Assembly: GCF_009914755.1 (NCBI RefSeq)
Contig: NC_060929.1
Source of the DNA: the human T2T-CHM13v2.0 reference genome, Homo sapiens
Length of the DNA stretch: 64,000 nt
Strand: one strand, 5' to 3'
The translations under genes were made by a program, and so were the position numbers. Positions 18,871 to 36,140 of this stretch are shown here, piece by piece (the stretch's first letter is position 1; each line of letters starts with the position of its first letter). Below the pieces are notes generated by a model, which had not been told where the DNA came from, did no database searches, and worked only from the letters and a program-made list of their open reading frames with translations.

Positions 18871-20513
18871 CCTTGTAACTCTGAGAGATGTACTGTGACC
18901 ACTCTAGTTTTTATTTCTCAGTCTAAGAATAAATGAAGAGCCCTGCTGGTTAAAATAGTTAAAAACCGTTCAGTAACATTGTAGCCAATAGGAGCACAGT
19001 TCATATCAAACATATCTTATTCTGGAACACAGAAAATTAATTCCAATGGCAGGAATGGTGCAGTGACATGCATATTTGCTTAATTCTCCATATGACCTGA
19101 ATGTATAAACTTAATTTTCATGCCATTTCTATATCTCGGGGCAAGAAGAATAGTCCTAATGCTCTTTTGAACAATAGGAGGAGAAGGGTAATTCCTTGGT
19201 CTCTGCTCTTGGCAGTGTTTTGAGGAAAAAGCCCTGGCAAATTGGACTCACTGCTCTCAGAGATATCTGCCACTTGTGAACAACGTAAAATCTTTGAAAA
19301 ACAATGATGAATCCAAGACTTGGCTAGAATTTATAGAGTCATATTCTCTGTCCTTAATGAATCCCTCAAGCCTACTCAGCCTAGCACTCTGGTAATATAT
19401 GCTAGGAAAAGAGAACATTACATGAAACAGTCCATACTCTTAAAAAGCTTGTGGTCTTATTTGACAAAAAGAACATATGCATGCAAAGTTGATGAGAATA
19501 GAAAGCAACCTTGGTTTTGTTGGACAAAAATGATGTTTTAATACGTTTTGAAATCATTGATAGAATTTACCCACAAATGCAGATTTCAAACTTGCTTAGT
19601 GATACTAAGCAAGGATTTCTCAGGCAATAAATAAGCAACAGCTGCCTCCTAGTAGCTCCCTGTTCAAATGGAGATCATGTGTTCCAAACAACCATAGTTC
19701 TTCCTCTCTCTTTTGTGATGGAAGTGGCTCACATCACTTACTTATATTACCCACTAGGCTCCAAGCATTTATGTTTGCAATTCCTGAACCAAATAAGTGC
19801 ATTAGATATATATCAAAGGTGAACCTGATTATAGGGGTTGGTGTGGGAAGTCTCTTGAAGAACGAGAGGGCTAAAGGAGTTTTAAAGAAATGGAACACAA
19901 AAAAGAAAATGGATTGTTCAATCTACACAGTGCCAACTGTTTGGGAAAACACTTGGAATCAAATAAGTGTGCAGTGTCTTTAGAGATGTAATACAAATAT
20001 GATGCTGAAAGGAACATTATGTATTTAGAGAATAGTAATATGTAAAGATGGAAAATAATGCAGAGGCTAGTCTTTTGTGAAACATAAATACCCAAGTAAG
20101 GGGAATAGACTACAATCAATGGACAGTGTGAAAACAGTGAAAAATTTGAGCACAGAGCAAATTGCGTGAATTATGCATAGCATTATTGCTGTGGTTATCT
20201 TTTACCTCTTGGTAAAAAAAAATCTGGTATTTCTATGTTGAATGGAAAGGTATTGAGATGGGAATGGGTTAGGGGATGAAAAACTCTACATAAAAAATGT
20301 CATAGGACACCTTTTGAATAATCAAGACATGGAGAAAGAATGTACAAATTATAGTGGTAACAAACAAAAATGAAAAAAAAAAAGAAGGATGTAAAGGGAA
20401 TTTAAAAGCAGCTCCCTTTTCAGGACCTCTTTTAGAAGATAAGGAAAAGTACATTCAATACCAATGTTCACTTTCCTTATGATACTAATCTTCTTTTTTT
20501 CTCTTCTCTTTAG

Positions 20514-20562
20514 GGAATTTCATTATCGTATAAAATTTGAAAAATATGGAAAATGTGATTAA
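20514..20562 (+). CDS. SPINK13: SPINK13 coding exon 4 ((R)EFHYRIKFEKYGKCD*)
   Basis: Long pyrimidine tract plus tag|, sixth Cys, TAA at 20560-20562. The four exons total 285 nt = 94 aa + stop. Confidence 0.97.
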
Positions 20563-20742
20563 TGGGTACCAGAGTAACTACACTTGCTTATTCTTTTTCT
20601 ACTTAATTCAGAATAGTATTTCTTTTAGAGTGTGAGAATGTAAATTAAATAACATCCCTATGCTGTACTTAAATGTCGAACAAAATGAGAGACAAAAATG
20701 AAGGAATCAAACTGACAAGAACCAAATATCACATTTGTTACA

Positions 20743-20748
20743 AATAAA
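20743..20748 (+). terminator. SPINK13: Candidate SPINK13 polyadenylation signal AATAAA
   Basis: AATAAA about 180 nt after the stop with a GT-rich tract downstream. ATTAAA at 20644 is an alternative. Confidence 0.6.
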
Positions 20749-22221
20749 CAACAAAAGAGCTGATATTCATTTCTGTGTATTGATTGTTTTAAGTCATCTT
20801 ACTCCCATTTTGGGTAGTTTAAATTCTCTTCACCAGTTGGGCTTAACACTACCTAAAATTATACTTACCACCAATTGCAGGCCTATCTGCAGAATTAAAC
20901 CCTACCCCACTAATATAATTAAAAGACATGGAGCAAAAGAGAAAATATCCTTCCTACAAAAGACAGAGTCCAAAGGAAGGAATCACTGAGTTACTCAGGT
21001 CTAGTGCTACTTTTCACCGTTCACAAATGGATGTTATACTTTCTGTGGTTGGAGAAGTAAAATACCATGGAGAGAGGAAGAGTATTAGGCTACTGGATGA
21101 TTCCTACTCAAAGAAAGAAAGGACACTGGTATGGAAATAAGGAGACATGAATTTTGCCCTCAATTTTGCCACTGATTAACTATAATTTTGGGTCACATTC
21201 ACTATCAGTGTCTCTGGCCATAGTGGCTTTAAATTTTTCTTGGTTCCACTTACTGTTTTGTTTATACAAAATAGTAAGTCATCCACTTTACTGGTATCTA
21301 GCCTTATATATATTGAATATCCTGATGAAATACACTATGGCTCCTCCATTTGTTAGCAAGATTGGGATTTGAAAATCCACTATAGGTTTACATCAGATAG
21401 TAGAAATATTCTGGCAATAACAATGAGTGTTGTTAGTAGCTAGTATGGGAACTAATGATTAAAAAAGTCAAATAGAGTAGGCATGTTTTGCTGATGTCTC
21501 TATATCCAGTCATCTATATTCTAGAAACTAAAATTCAATTATCTTTTTGTGATTACCCCAACCCTCAAGGTTGTGTCTTCATTTGTGTTAACTTCATCAT
21601 GATCTGGGGTGGAACACATAATCTGGGCCTATGCACATCTACCAATGGAAGTCCCTTGGTCACAGACATTAGTGCAGGCAACAGCACATGACGTAAAACA
21701 GATCCATTGATATTCTGGTCCTTACTTAGAAATCCTAAGAGAAAGATTATCAGTCTTTTTTCCTGTAATGTGTTTCCTCAGAGCCACAGGCAGCAATCTT
21801 GTAAGAACAAATGGGAGCCCGTTTAAGAATGAAGTTAAAGAGCAGAGCAAACAGAAACAAGAGATACAGGGAAAATATATTCTGATGGCATCGATTTTCT
21901 GTCTCCAGCCATGCCATGCCTAAATTAGATCTACTCTTTGACTTTTCTTTTATAGGTAATAATACATTTCCTCTTCTCTTACACGGTTGGCATCATGTTT
22001 TCTGTTCTCTGAGATAAGCCAAATGATAAATTAAAGAACAATGTATCAAAGGAAAACAGACTCCCTAGATTTTTCACTTTTGCAAAGATCCTTTCCTAAA
22101 GCCTATTTGTATTGGAAACCAGAGCCTTTTCCCTGGTTACAAAGGCAGTATAGGCATCCAAGCCCAGACATTTTTTAATATACATAAAATGTTAACATCT
22201 AACTTCAACATAATAAAAGTC

Positions 22222-22395
22222 ATATATGAGAGACCCACCACTAGTATCATACTGAACAGGGAAAAACTAAAAGCCTTTCCTCTAAGTCTGGAACAAGACA
22301 AGGATGCCCACTTTCACCACTGTTATTGGACATAGTGCTGAAAGTCCTAGCTAGAGCAATCAGACAAGATAAAGAAATAAAGAACATCCAAATTT
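22222..22395 (+). mobile_element. Short L1 ORF2 (RT) fragment
   Basis: aaagcctttcctctaag...ggaacaagacaaggatgcccactttcaccactg...gcaatcagacaagataaagaaataaa. Confidence 0.85.
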
Positions 22396-24680
22396 TTTAA
22401 AAAGTTAACTACTTACAAGTTGAATATATATTGCATGGTTACAGAAAGTCATCTTCTGCAAAAAGAAAGGTTCAAAATCTGTATACTCTATTAGAGAGCT
22501 CATAATCAGGACAACAGAGCCTTTTTTGTCCAAGGAGAATAGAAGACCAGCTCGACCGCTGCCTGTGTGGAGTTTTGGCAAGCAGCCTTGTCTTAATCAT
22601 ATCACATTCTCTTACAATTTTGTGCTTCTTCTCCCCAGTCCTTCTTTCCATGGCTGTCTTCCCTCATGAATATTTCCACTGCGTTCTACAGATATTTTGT
22701 GTTGTTTACCAAATGCTACTTGCACCTCCTTGCCCCTGCTGACTCGGGTGTTTCCCCCAAGGACACTCTTGACTTTGGAATAGTGAGAATAGGGGATGCC
22801 CATTCTCCTCCAGGGTTGTGGAGAAGACTGGAATCATCTTGATTTTCTGAGGCAGCTTTCAGGCCATCATTTATCTGCCCTGCTGGAAAAGCAATGTTAA
22901 GGCACATGCCAGGTGAATCGCTAACGATGCCTCATCTCTGCTGTCTAGACACTGGTCATACCCCCATAAGTAATTCAGGCCTTTTGGCCTCTAACAGACA
23001 CAGCCTTTCTTGACAACATTCATGTCATTGTCCTAGGAAGCTTCTATGTCCACGTAGTTTATTCATCCAAACCTCTGGCCTCACATTTTCTTAGTCCAGA
23101 CATTTTAAATGTCAGCCATGGTATGCTTGAGTATGTTTATATGTTTGTGATACACATTTGTGCCATTCTAATTTAAGATTCATTTCTAGTCTAAGAGTTC
23201 ATGACACAGAGAGCTTTCAAGGCACTCAACACCTCTAGGATCAGTACTGGTGGATAAATTTTACTTATGAAGGAAATGCTCTCCCCCTAACAGAAAATAA
23301 TGTCTGTTCTTGAAAACTGTAAAGGATGCTACCCCAGTGAGTGTCCGTGGGCAGAGGAGGTTTTCTCAGGGCTAAGTGTGGCACTGAGGTGCAGTGAGCT
23401 GAGGGATGGACATGGAGCACTGAGGCTTAGGTTCACTTCCTCCTGCCACATATGTGACTTCCATTCCTTGAGTAGCCCCTTCTCTAACTTTAATGCCACT
23501 TTTTACACCTAATGTATGGGATTCCTGCAAACACTAAAGAGAATGTTTGGGAAAATGCCTTTTATAGAGATGGGTGTGTAATATCACTCACTACATTTTA
23601 CATTATTAATAATTGGTTTATTGCCATACATATAACCATATATATAACTATATATAAATATATATATATGTACATGGCCATTCTTTTCATACACTCAACT
23701 CATTTCAAATGGATTCCAGGCTAAAGTAAAATATGTATCTAACAATGCCCTGAGATGCAGTAGAGACAGCTGCATTTACGGGCTTACCTGAGGTGGGAGA
23801 AGTTTTCTTCTCTTCTCTCATTTATATTAACAAATGCAAACAAACACTTCAAGGCACAACCTGAAGTGTACTAAAGGATGTTTTGGTGGTAAGGTGACTT
23901 TCCCTGGGTGTTAAAAATATCATATTCTTCCTTGTTATGAATTCACTTAAGAAACTATAGGATAAAAGACACAAGTTTAAAAATATCTTTTGTATCCTCT
24001 TCATTCATTGGTTGTGAAATTATGCATGTCAAGCATTTTACTGAATGTTTTTCATGTTATTTCATTTAATCCTCACAACAAAATTATGTTACACATGATG
24101 CATCTCCACTTTGCATGTTCAACATATATTTAATGAATATGTATCAATCAACTTATAAATTCTGATCTCTGATGAAGATCCAAGGGGAATTTAAAGATAG
24201 TATCATCATCAACATGGAAGAGAAACACAAATAACTAAGGATAAAACATAAGAAGAATAGCAACTTCTATTTTGACTGCTTTGTAGTTGAATGACTTATT
24301 AGACATCTAGGCCAAATTGCCCTCTAAATATCTAGATCTGGGAATCAGAATTAGGATGGTGCTGACAAAAAGTTTAGAAGTCATCAGTGGATAGGTATTG
24401 GAGCAGAAAAGGTAAACTAAGACCTCCAACCCCTCCCCCCTCCCCCAACACACATACACATATACACATAGCTGTGGCCTTTTAACTCATTTCCTGGGTA
24501 AAGCCCATATTCATTAGGATAGAATAGTGGCCACATGTTAATAAAAGGAAGAAGAAGAGCCAAGCATTTTTGGGGATTACGTATGTTTTTGAGCAGAAGA
24601 GAGTGAGTTGATATCATTTGATCCCCTAGTTCCAGCATACCTAATGCTCACTCCATCTCATCCTATTCCAATTATATCAT

Positions 24681-25097
24681 TGTATTACTCCGTTCTTTCA
24701 CTGCTATAAAAAAAATACCTGAGACTGCATAATTTATAAAGAAAAGAAGTTTAATTGGCTCACGGTTCTGCAGGCTGTGCAGGAAGCATAGGGGCTTCTG
24801 CTTCTGGGGAGGCCTCAGGAAGTTTCCAATCATGGCAAAAGGCAAAGGGGGAGAGAGGTGCCTCACGTGGTGGGAGCAGGAGAAGAGAGAGAGAGAGGTG
24901 AGGTGCCACACACCTTGAAACAACCAGATCTCATGAGAACTCACCATCGTGACGACAGCACCAAGGTGGATTGCGTTACACCATGAGAAACCACCCACAT
25001 GATCCCATCACCTCCCACCAGGACCCACCTCCAACTGGCACTGGGGATTACAATTCTACATGAGATTTGGGCGGGGACACAAATCCAAACCATATCA
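24681..25097 (-). mobile_element. MST (MaLR) solo LTR
   Basis: tgtatt...aaaccatatca ends, 5-bp flanks atcat/atcag. Confidence 0.9.
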
Positions 25098-27609
25098 ATC
25101 AGTCAATAAATTATTTTACTTTTTGGTTTAATCTGGTTATAATTCGTCACTTATAATGGGAAGATCTTGACTAATATAGAGGAATGAGATCATTATTATG
25201 TATGAAGACTGCAGAGAATAAAAAGTGAAGAAACTCTCTTCCTTTGGCTCCCTTGTGCCCTGGAACATTACCTGTTACTACATCTAGATGGCAGCCTCAT
25301 TCTTCTGTCTTGCCTTATTTAACTAGTTCTTTATTTCACTAGAAGGGTCCAGAGAGCTGTGCCTAACTACATTCTCCATCAGCTTTCCAGTTAAACACAC
25401 AGTCCAGTTCTGCTGGCAATAGAGACCCTCACCTTCTTTCATCTCCTCCCTCTTTTCTTTTGTGTCCCCCTGGTCAGTAGGTTCCATCAGGATGGCTCTC
25501 TCTGGAGCTGGAAAGAAAGAGTTTCAGGTTTTTCCAGTTTCAAAAAGTAAAGCAGCTTCTAAAATACAGACATTTGTGTTAATATTGGCTGTCTATTATA
25601 GCCTAACACTATTTCATTATTTAGTCTATGTCTCTGCTTTACACAAAATAACAAAAACAAAAATGAAATCTTCTCCAAAGAGAGATGGAGAGGAACAATC
25701 CTGTATTACCACAGAACACAAAGAAAAATATCAAAGAAAATTGTATCCTTTCTTTTTCTCTCTTCAAAATATAGAGCTCACAATTATTCTATTGTAGTAG
25801 GAAAACAAACATGCAAAGTCTAGAAATCCCTGATTTATAAATGTCTTCACTATTGTGTGAAAATCCTGTGCTGGTTGAAAGACAAACATGAACACAAACG
25901 TAAAAGCAAGGACATTTAGAGGGGGCTCTGGGTGTGAGCTGATAATGGAAATAATCATGCGAGGTTCCAGATGAGAACACAAGTGTTCCATTACAGGAAC
26001 GGGCAGTGTGACACTAAGGCACAGCACATGGGCAGAGATAGAGCTGTAACAATAATTAGCCCAGGTTCAGGGAACACATGTACCATGCCAAGTGCCATAG
26101 CATGTTTTATGTGCCTTGTTTCAATTGATCCTCTCCACAGTCTTATAAGCCTAATACCATTATCACCCCCATACTACAAATGAGGGAACTAAACTCACAC
26201 AAGGTAAGTAAACTATGTAATCTTGTAGTTCATGAAGAAGGACTGAGATTCAAACCCAAATTATCCTGCTTCTAACCACAACCTTGTGTTGTCAAACCCA
26301 AATGGAACCAGAAAAAAAGAGGACAGGGAGCGGTGATTATAAGAGATTTTCAAAAAAGTACAGATGCATATCTTCTTAAAAATATTAGTCTCTTCTTTAA
26401 GAAAGTATTCTGCCTAGATGTAATAATGAATTAATAGTAGTTTCAACAATTTAAGGACATTGAGCAAGAGCCTGACTCCTCTAGATAAAAGTGCAGAACA
26501 TAGTTTATCTCTAACCACTAGGACAGCTTCCTCATATCCTCATCTGCCCCCTGATTTTGCAGACCCTTGCTCTTCAGAGTGTGGGTAAGGGCCAGCATTG
26601 GGAGCTGTTACCAATGCAGAATTACAGATCTCACCTCAGACCTACTGGGTCGGATTCTGCATTGTAGCAAGATCTGCAGGGCACTTGATCTGCAGGGCGC
26701 ATTGCAGTTTGAGAAGAATCGGTTTAGACCCCTTAGAGCAATTTTTCAGAAAAATGAGTGGATTATTAAAAAATGGCTTTGTTTTTTCCCTGAAAGACGC
26801 AGATACTTCCAAGATATTGTGTAGCTTGTTGTTAATGACTCTGAGAAAGATTTACTTCAGCATCTTTAATGGTTAGCAGTCAATGGTTAAAAAAACAAGC
26901 TCTAAATCCAAACAGTCTGAATTCAAACCTCAACTCCACCACATATTATTTAAGTGACCTCCAGCAAGTCATTAAACTTAACTCCTCTGTGCCTTAACTT
27001 TCTCGTGTGAAATAAACTGCCCTTGGTACATAGGGACTACATAAGGACTTGTTTTTATTATTACTATTGCTTTACAATGATATCATTATTATTTTATTAT
27101 CCTTATTGTTATCATCACCATCATCATAATTATCATTGCTCTGTTACTTTCTCTTGCTACAGATAGGAAAATTTACATTACCTGGGAGAAAAACAACCTT
27201 GATAGGAGGTGTAAATCAATTTTATTTGAAGCCACTGAATGAAAAAATATAGCTGCTCAGATCTCATAAGACATCATTCTCTTCTTTGAATCTTACAATT
27301 ACTATGATTCAACTATGACTTCAGGCAAATGATCCTGATCTTATCTTTTCTATGACCTCAGCTCCAGTTCTAGAGCTCCAGTCTCCTGCTAGACCCTGTA
27401 TCTGAATTTTCTACCATCATCTTACAATATAGAGATCTAAAACTCAAACAAGCATCTCTCACCACAGGCCAGCTCCTCTTCCCTATTTCAGGCCATGGAG
27501 CTTCATTTTCCCAGTCATGAGGCTGAACAATTTTGCTCTTTCTTTGTCCCTCCATGGCTCCACCTATGACCATATAATCGTCAAACTCTCTATTGAAGTT
27601 CTTAAACCA

Positions 27610-30200
<2,591 letters not shown>

Positions 30201-31954
30201 GCCCTAATTTGTACCATTTGTTCATTTTCGCAGGGTAAATACTCTCAAGTGGTCAAATTCAAGCTGCCCTTAGCAATCAGTTTGCAAAATCCCTGAATAC
30301 TTACTTGAAAACCAATTCTCAAGGGCTGATGTAAGGTGACTCCAGCACACTACCTTAAGTAAAAAAACTAAGCTTAAAATACTACATATTGTATCTTATC
30401 GAAATTTAAAGCTATTTAATTCTTTCGCTTTGTTAAATAGCCTATTAAAAAGATGGAAAGACAAACTCTAGACTGCAAGAAAACATTTGTAAACCACATA
30501 TCCACTAATAACTAGTGTTTAGGATATATAAACTCAACAGTAAAGAACAAACAACCCAATAAAAAATGGACCAAAGTCTCTCTCAGGGTGTACTGTCTAT
30601 TCTGCACCTAACTTCCAAATATTATTTTTCCTTTGTAATAAATTGCCCTATGCTGCACCTCATTTGCTGTGTGTCTCTTGTTTCAATTCATTTAAACTAT
30701 GAAGACAAGAACCAGGGTCTCACAACAGCCATCAACATTGTTGGTGATAGGTTATGTTATTTAAACTTTTATATACTTAGCGACATTTTATCCCCTTTGA
30801 CAAGCGAATGTCTAATACTAAGAGTGATGTGTTAAAGTTTTCTATTATTATTTTGTTTCTGAACACTTCTCCTTGATAGTTCTGCATCATAAAATTGGCT
30901 GTATTTATTGTAATTGGAGGCTTTAGCATTGTAAAGTGTTCATATTTGTCTTAATTTGATGACTTTTGGCCTAAATTCTACTTTGTCTGTTATTGACTAA
31001 GGATCAAGGGGCTAAGAATAGCAGAAATAAGCATCACTGGAGGATGGAGTTCATACATACATAATTTATCTTCCCATGTTTCTTCCCTTGCTGTATTACT
31101 ACAGTTGCCAACAACAACAACAACAACAAAATCTGCCACCTACTACTATGTTGCTTAGGACAGATCCCTGATCCTCTCTGAGATCTACCTTCCACATGTG
31201 TAAAATGCAGGTATCACTTCTTAGTGTTGTTGTAAAGACTAACAGCACTGACAGCATTGGCAAGTTGTGAACTTTTTTTATGGTTATATTTGAAAATGAG
31301 AGTGATACAGGCTTCATTATCAATGATAAGGTAGAAATTTCTTCTAGAAAGGGTACTGTGTTGTCACAATATCCTGGATCAGCCTCCACTGGTAGAGGAA
31401 CTCACAGGAAATCATCCACCCAGATTGGGCCTAGATTTACTTCCATGGCACTTTGATGTTCCCTTCATGTGCTCCAGAATTAAACAAAGATATCCCAGAC
31501 AACCTGCAGGGAATTCATTGAACGTACAAAAGACACATGGATATATCAGTCACACTCACAGGAGAGTGAGGGAACACTTAGTTGTATTGACTATTTCTTT
31601 CCTGTCTCAGAGAAGAGACATGGGTAAGAAAAAGACTCAAATAATTGAACCAACCCTTTATTACATACTTTGCTACCAATAAGTCTATACATATCCCATG
31701 GATACAGATTCTATCTCTGTGACTTACCATGACACATGACACACAGAATTATTAAGTAGGTTGATAAAGTGTGTTATGGAAGCATGAATGTCACAAACCA
31801 AAAAGAATACAGAAAAGGACTGAACAACGTTTCTAACAAGCACAGTCATGGTTAAGAGAATGAAGACAAGACAGATTCCAGCCCTTTCCTCTTAATCCAG
31901 GAAGGCTTCTTAGAGTAGGCAGGGTTTCACAAGCCAATTGACTATATAAACAGT

Positions 31955-32065
31955 TGAGCTAGGTTGGTTCTTGCATTGCTATAAAGAAGTGCCTGAGGAC
32001 GGGGTAATTTATAGAGAAAAGAGGTTTAATTGGCTCACGGGTCTGCAGACAGTGCATGAAGCCTT
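31955..32065 (-). mobile_element. MST LTR fragment
   Basis: ttcttgcattgctataaagaagtgcctgaggacggggtaatttatagagaaaagaggtttaattggctcacgg. Confidence 0.75.
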
Positions 32066-33489
32066 GTGCCAACACCTTCTCTTCATACCTTCTGAGCTCT
32101 GTTGCGCTCTCAGATGCAGCCCTTCATGCTCTCTGGTTCCAGTAGCCTTGACTGCCACTGTCTCTTTCACTTGCCCCTCTTGCTGTCATTTCTAAGTTTT
32201 TATTTCTGGAAGGCAGATATTCTTCTTTTACTGACTTGTATCTCCTAAGATCATTTGGTTTATTTTCCTTCTTGGCCTTCAGGGGCCAAACTGCCTAATT
32301 CTCACAGCTATACCATTTCCTGTAAGTCTCTTGCCTTAGGCTTTACCCCATTTTTCAATGACTCAAGCGTCTTCTAATTGGGCCAGTCCTGCCTCTTGGG
32401 CTCCTTTGATCATCTGGTTTTCCCTTCTGTAATACTAAATGTTCCCAGCTCCTCGGCTCCCTCTATCTTCTGTGGCCTCACCATTTGTTCTTTCGTCATT
32501 GCTCTGGCTTTATGTGTCACTTCCATCATTCTGTCTCTTGCACAGCTCTTATTCATTTAGCTACTCCCTCACTTCAACTGCTTTCATTTCCTCACTGCCC
32601 GAGTTGTCACCTCATGGAGAACTAGAGTAGAGATTCATAAGCACATTAGAATTCCTAGGAATTTTATAGACCATATCTGTCTCCAAGCTCCTCCATTCAC
32701 TTTGTTTTTCTACTCTGTTTTCATATCAGTGAATGTCTGTTCTCTCTACTGTCCTTATGTCAACTTTCCCTCTTTCTAAATGCTATTCATCTTCCGTGAG
32801 CTGATTTGAAAAGTGCTACGCTCCCCCAGTGCCATTTCTTGCTTTGGTGATTTAGCTCTTCTCAGCTACACAGCTTGTCAGCTAATCTCACTGACCAGAT
32901 CTCCATCCCTTCCTCAACACACACTTATTTTGCCCTTAGCTACTTTTTACTCCTCAGTTGCTCACCTATCCCAGATGCTCTGATAGTATGGAATCACATC
33001 CATTTCCTGAACTTTTCTCATCTTCTCCACTATATAATCCACCATTGTGCTGTCCACCATTTCCACTCTGCTCATTTCTTCAACTTTTCATATATCCTAC
33101 TAAAATGTTCCTGCAGCTATAATCTCTTGCCCTTGCCAAGCCACTTGAGTTGTCCTGATGTTCCTGATCAATTGTCAGAAACTGTCCTCAAGGGCTTTTA
33201 AGAAATTTATTTCTTCATTGCTCATTATACTAATTGTCTCCTTGTTCCTTTAATTCTTTCAAATTTCTAGTTGATGCTAAACTTCAGCCTTTCTCAGACT
33301 CCTAAAACTGTTCCCAGCTGTTCCTGCTAACCTCAGTCACAAAGCATATTTACTATCTTGCTCTATGCCCTAAAAAGTGCACTTTCCTATTGTTTGCCTT
33401 TTATTGTATTTGTTTTGCTTCTAATTGATATTTAAATTATGCACATGTTCATTTCCTAAATTGTTCCCATATCCCACATTACTCCCGAA

Positions 33490-34151
33490 TTCAGTAATTA
33501 TCCCTATCTGGAGTTAGCCAAACTATGGAGATCAAGGGCATAGTCCTTCACAACAAGACTGCTCTCACTTCTGACACAAATTGCAAGTTCAGAAGTTCCT
33601 ATAACCACTCACGGGTTCAACAATTTGCTTGAAGGACTCACAGAACTCCCTGAAAGCTATTATACTCATGCTTATATTTTATTATAGCAAGAAGATACAG
33701 ATTAAAATTAGTCAAAGGAAGAGACACAGGGCAGGGGAAGGCAAAGCTTGCTTTGTCCTCTTTCTGTGGAGTCAGCACACATTACTTTCTGTGCAGCATC
33801 AATGCGTGACAATACATGTGGAGTAATACCAACCAGGGAGTTTCCATAAGCCTTGGTGTCCAGAGTTTTTATTAGGGCTTTATAGCAAAAGCATGATTGG
33901 TTGATTGCTTGATTGCCCACATGGTCGAACTCAGTCTCCAGGTCAATTGGAGCCCTCACCCTAAATTACATTGTTGGTCTTTCTGGTATGAACAGCCCTA
34001 CCCTAAATTGTCAGGTGTGGCCAGCCACATCCTAAGATCTGTTGTGGCCAGATGCTGCTCTAAACAAGGACACTCTAACTTAAATTACATCTCAGAAGTC
34101 AAGAATAAAGGCCAAATCCTTTTTTGGAAAAGACCAATTTCTTCATGACAC
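33490..34151 (-). mobile_element. MER21-like LTR
   Basis: aagactgctctcacttctgacac...gaaggactcacagaactc...tatactcatgc...aaaggccaaa. Confidence 0.7.
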
Positions 34152-34448
34152 AATTCCGTATTCTCTTTACTACACAATTCCATATTCTCTGATGCTACCA
34201 TGTCCTATACAGTTTTGGGGTTAATTTAGTACTCATTTCTTCAGCTCTTTCTTCTCTGTATTTGTGCTATTATTACTCTTTAGCTTTTTTCACTTTTCCT
34301 ATTTCTCAGACATTGCCCAAATAATCTCACTTCTTTTTCATGGTTCCCATTTCATCATATATTTTAGTTTTTTTCATCTCCTACATAAAACTGGAATTGG
34401 AGTTTGTAAGGAGGTCCCATTTTTTAAATTGAAAAGCTACCACTACCT

Positions 34449-34789
<341 letters not shown>

Positions 34790-35319
34790 CTAATCCTCTT
34801 GCCATCATCAGGAATGCATTTTCTGTTGCAGTGCTTTTCCTTCAGTACTGTCCCAGGGTTCATAGAGCCTGATTCCTTTCTTTCATGCTTTCTTTTTCTC
34901 CCCTCAATCCATCTCCTGCATCAAGGCTTTTATCTCAGGGTCTGTCTCATTTCCCATTATCATTGTTTAAAAAAAATGTTTTCCAATGTGGAAAAAAAGC
35001 TTAAGGATGTTTTTCATAGTTTAAAATTTGGGTCAAATTATAACAAACCCATTAAACAACAATGTCATTAGTAACAAAGAACCAGCTGAGATGGGTGGTA
35101 TAATAACACCCATCTCTGAAAGTTAACAAGACATTTCATTTTTATTGCATCAATGCATCATGGATTTTTCCAGCAAAGCATTTTGATTTATAATATTTAT
35201 TTGTATTCAAAATGGAAGCATTACCTTGTCCTGTTTAATAATTTAAAATATCATGCATTATGTTAAGGCAAGTTAAAAAGTACTACTAAATTTTAGTAAT
35301 TCTATTTGCCATTCTATTT

Positions 35320-36140
35320 GCCATTAAGAACATTTGTGATTCATGGGAGGAGCTCAAAAGAACATTAGCAAGGGTTTAGAAGGTGAATACAACTGTCATG
35401 GACAACTCTGAGGGGTTCAAGACCAGTAGAGGAAGTTGCTGCAGTGTGGTGGAAATAGCAAGAAAACTAGAATTAGATTGGAGTCTGAAGATGTGCCTGA
35501 ATTGTTGTAACCTCATGATTAAACTTCAATGGATGATGAGTTTTTTCTTATTAATAAGTAAAGGAAGTGGTTTCTTGAGATAAAATCTACTGCTGATGAA
35601 GATATTGTAAACACTGTTGAAAACACAATAAAAAATTGAGAATATCACCTAAACTTAGTTGATAAAACAGTGGCAGTTTCAGAGGATTGACAATTTTGAA
35701 AGGTCTTTGGGTAAAGTTCTATCAAAAATCACTGCATGCTATAGAGAAATCTTTCTTGAAAGAAAGAGTCAATTGATGCAGCAAACTTTACTGTTGTCTT
35801 ATTTTTAAAACTTTCCACAGCTACCCCAACCATCATCAATCACCACTCTGATCAGTAAGCAGCCATCAATATCAGATCCTCCACCAGCAAAAAAACAACA
35901 ACTTGTTAAAGGTTCAAATAACTGTTAGCATTTTTTAGCAATAAAGATTTTTTAATTAAATTATGTCTATTGTTTTTAGACATAATACTATTGTATATTT
36001 AATAGACTAGAGTACAGTGTAAACATAATTTTTATATCTACTGGGAGACCAAAAAAAATCCGTGTGACTTGCTTTATTGCAATAATCACTTTATTTTTGT
36101 GCTCTGGTAATGATCCTGCAACATCTGCAAAGTATGCCTG
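35320..36140 (+). mobile_element. Tigger1 3' fragment
   Basis: aagaacatttgtgattcatgggagga...ggtggaaatagcaagaaaactagaattaga..., with right TIR agtatgcctg followed by TA. Confidence 0.88.

Noticed and set aside
18367-18936. 189-aa ORF
   Set aside because: It stays open only because it reads through the CCTT microsatellite (low-complexity LPSF).
19900-19930. ORF text KKKMDCSIY resembling SPINK7 KKVDCSIY
   Set aside because: Codons differ (Ser TCA versus AGC), there is no pyrimidine-tract acceptor, and no downstream PVCG or NxC motif. Treated as coincidence.
23300-23512. Cys-rich 70-aa ORF as another Kazal relic
   Set aside because: The cysteine spacing does not fit Kazal and no matching splice sites are present.
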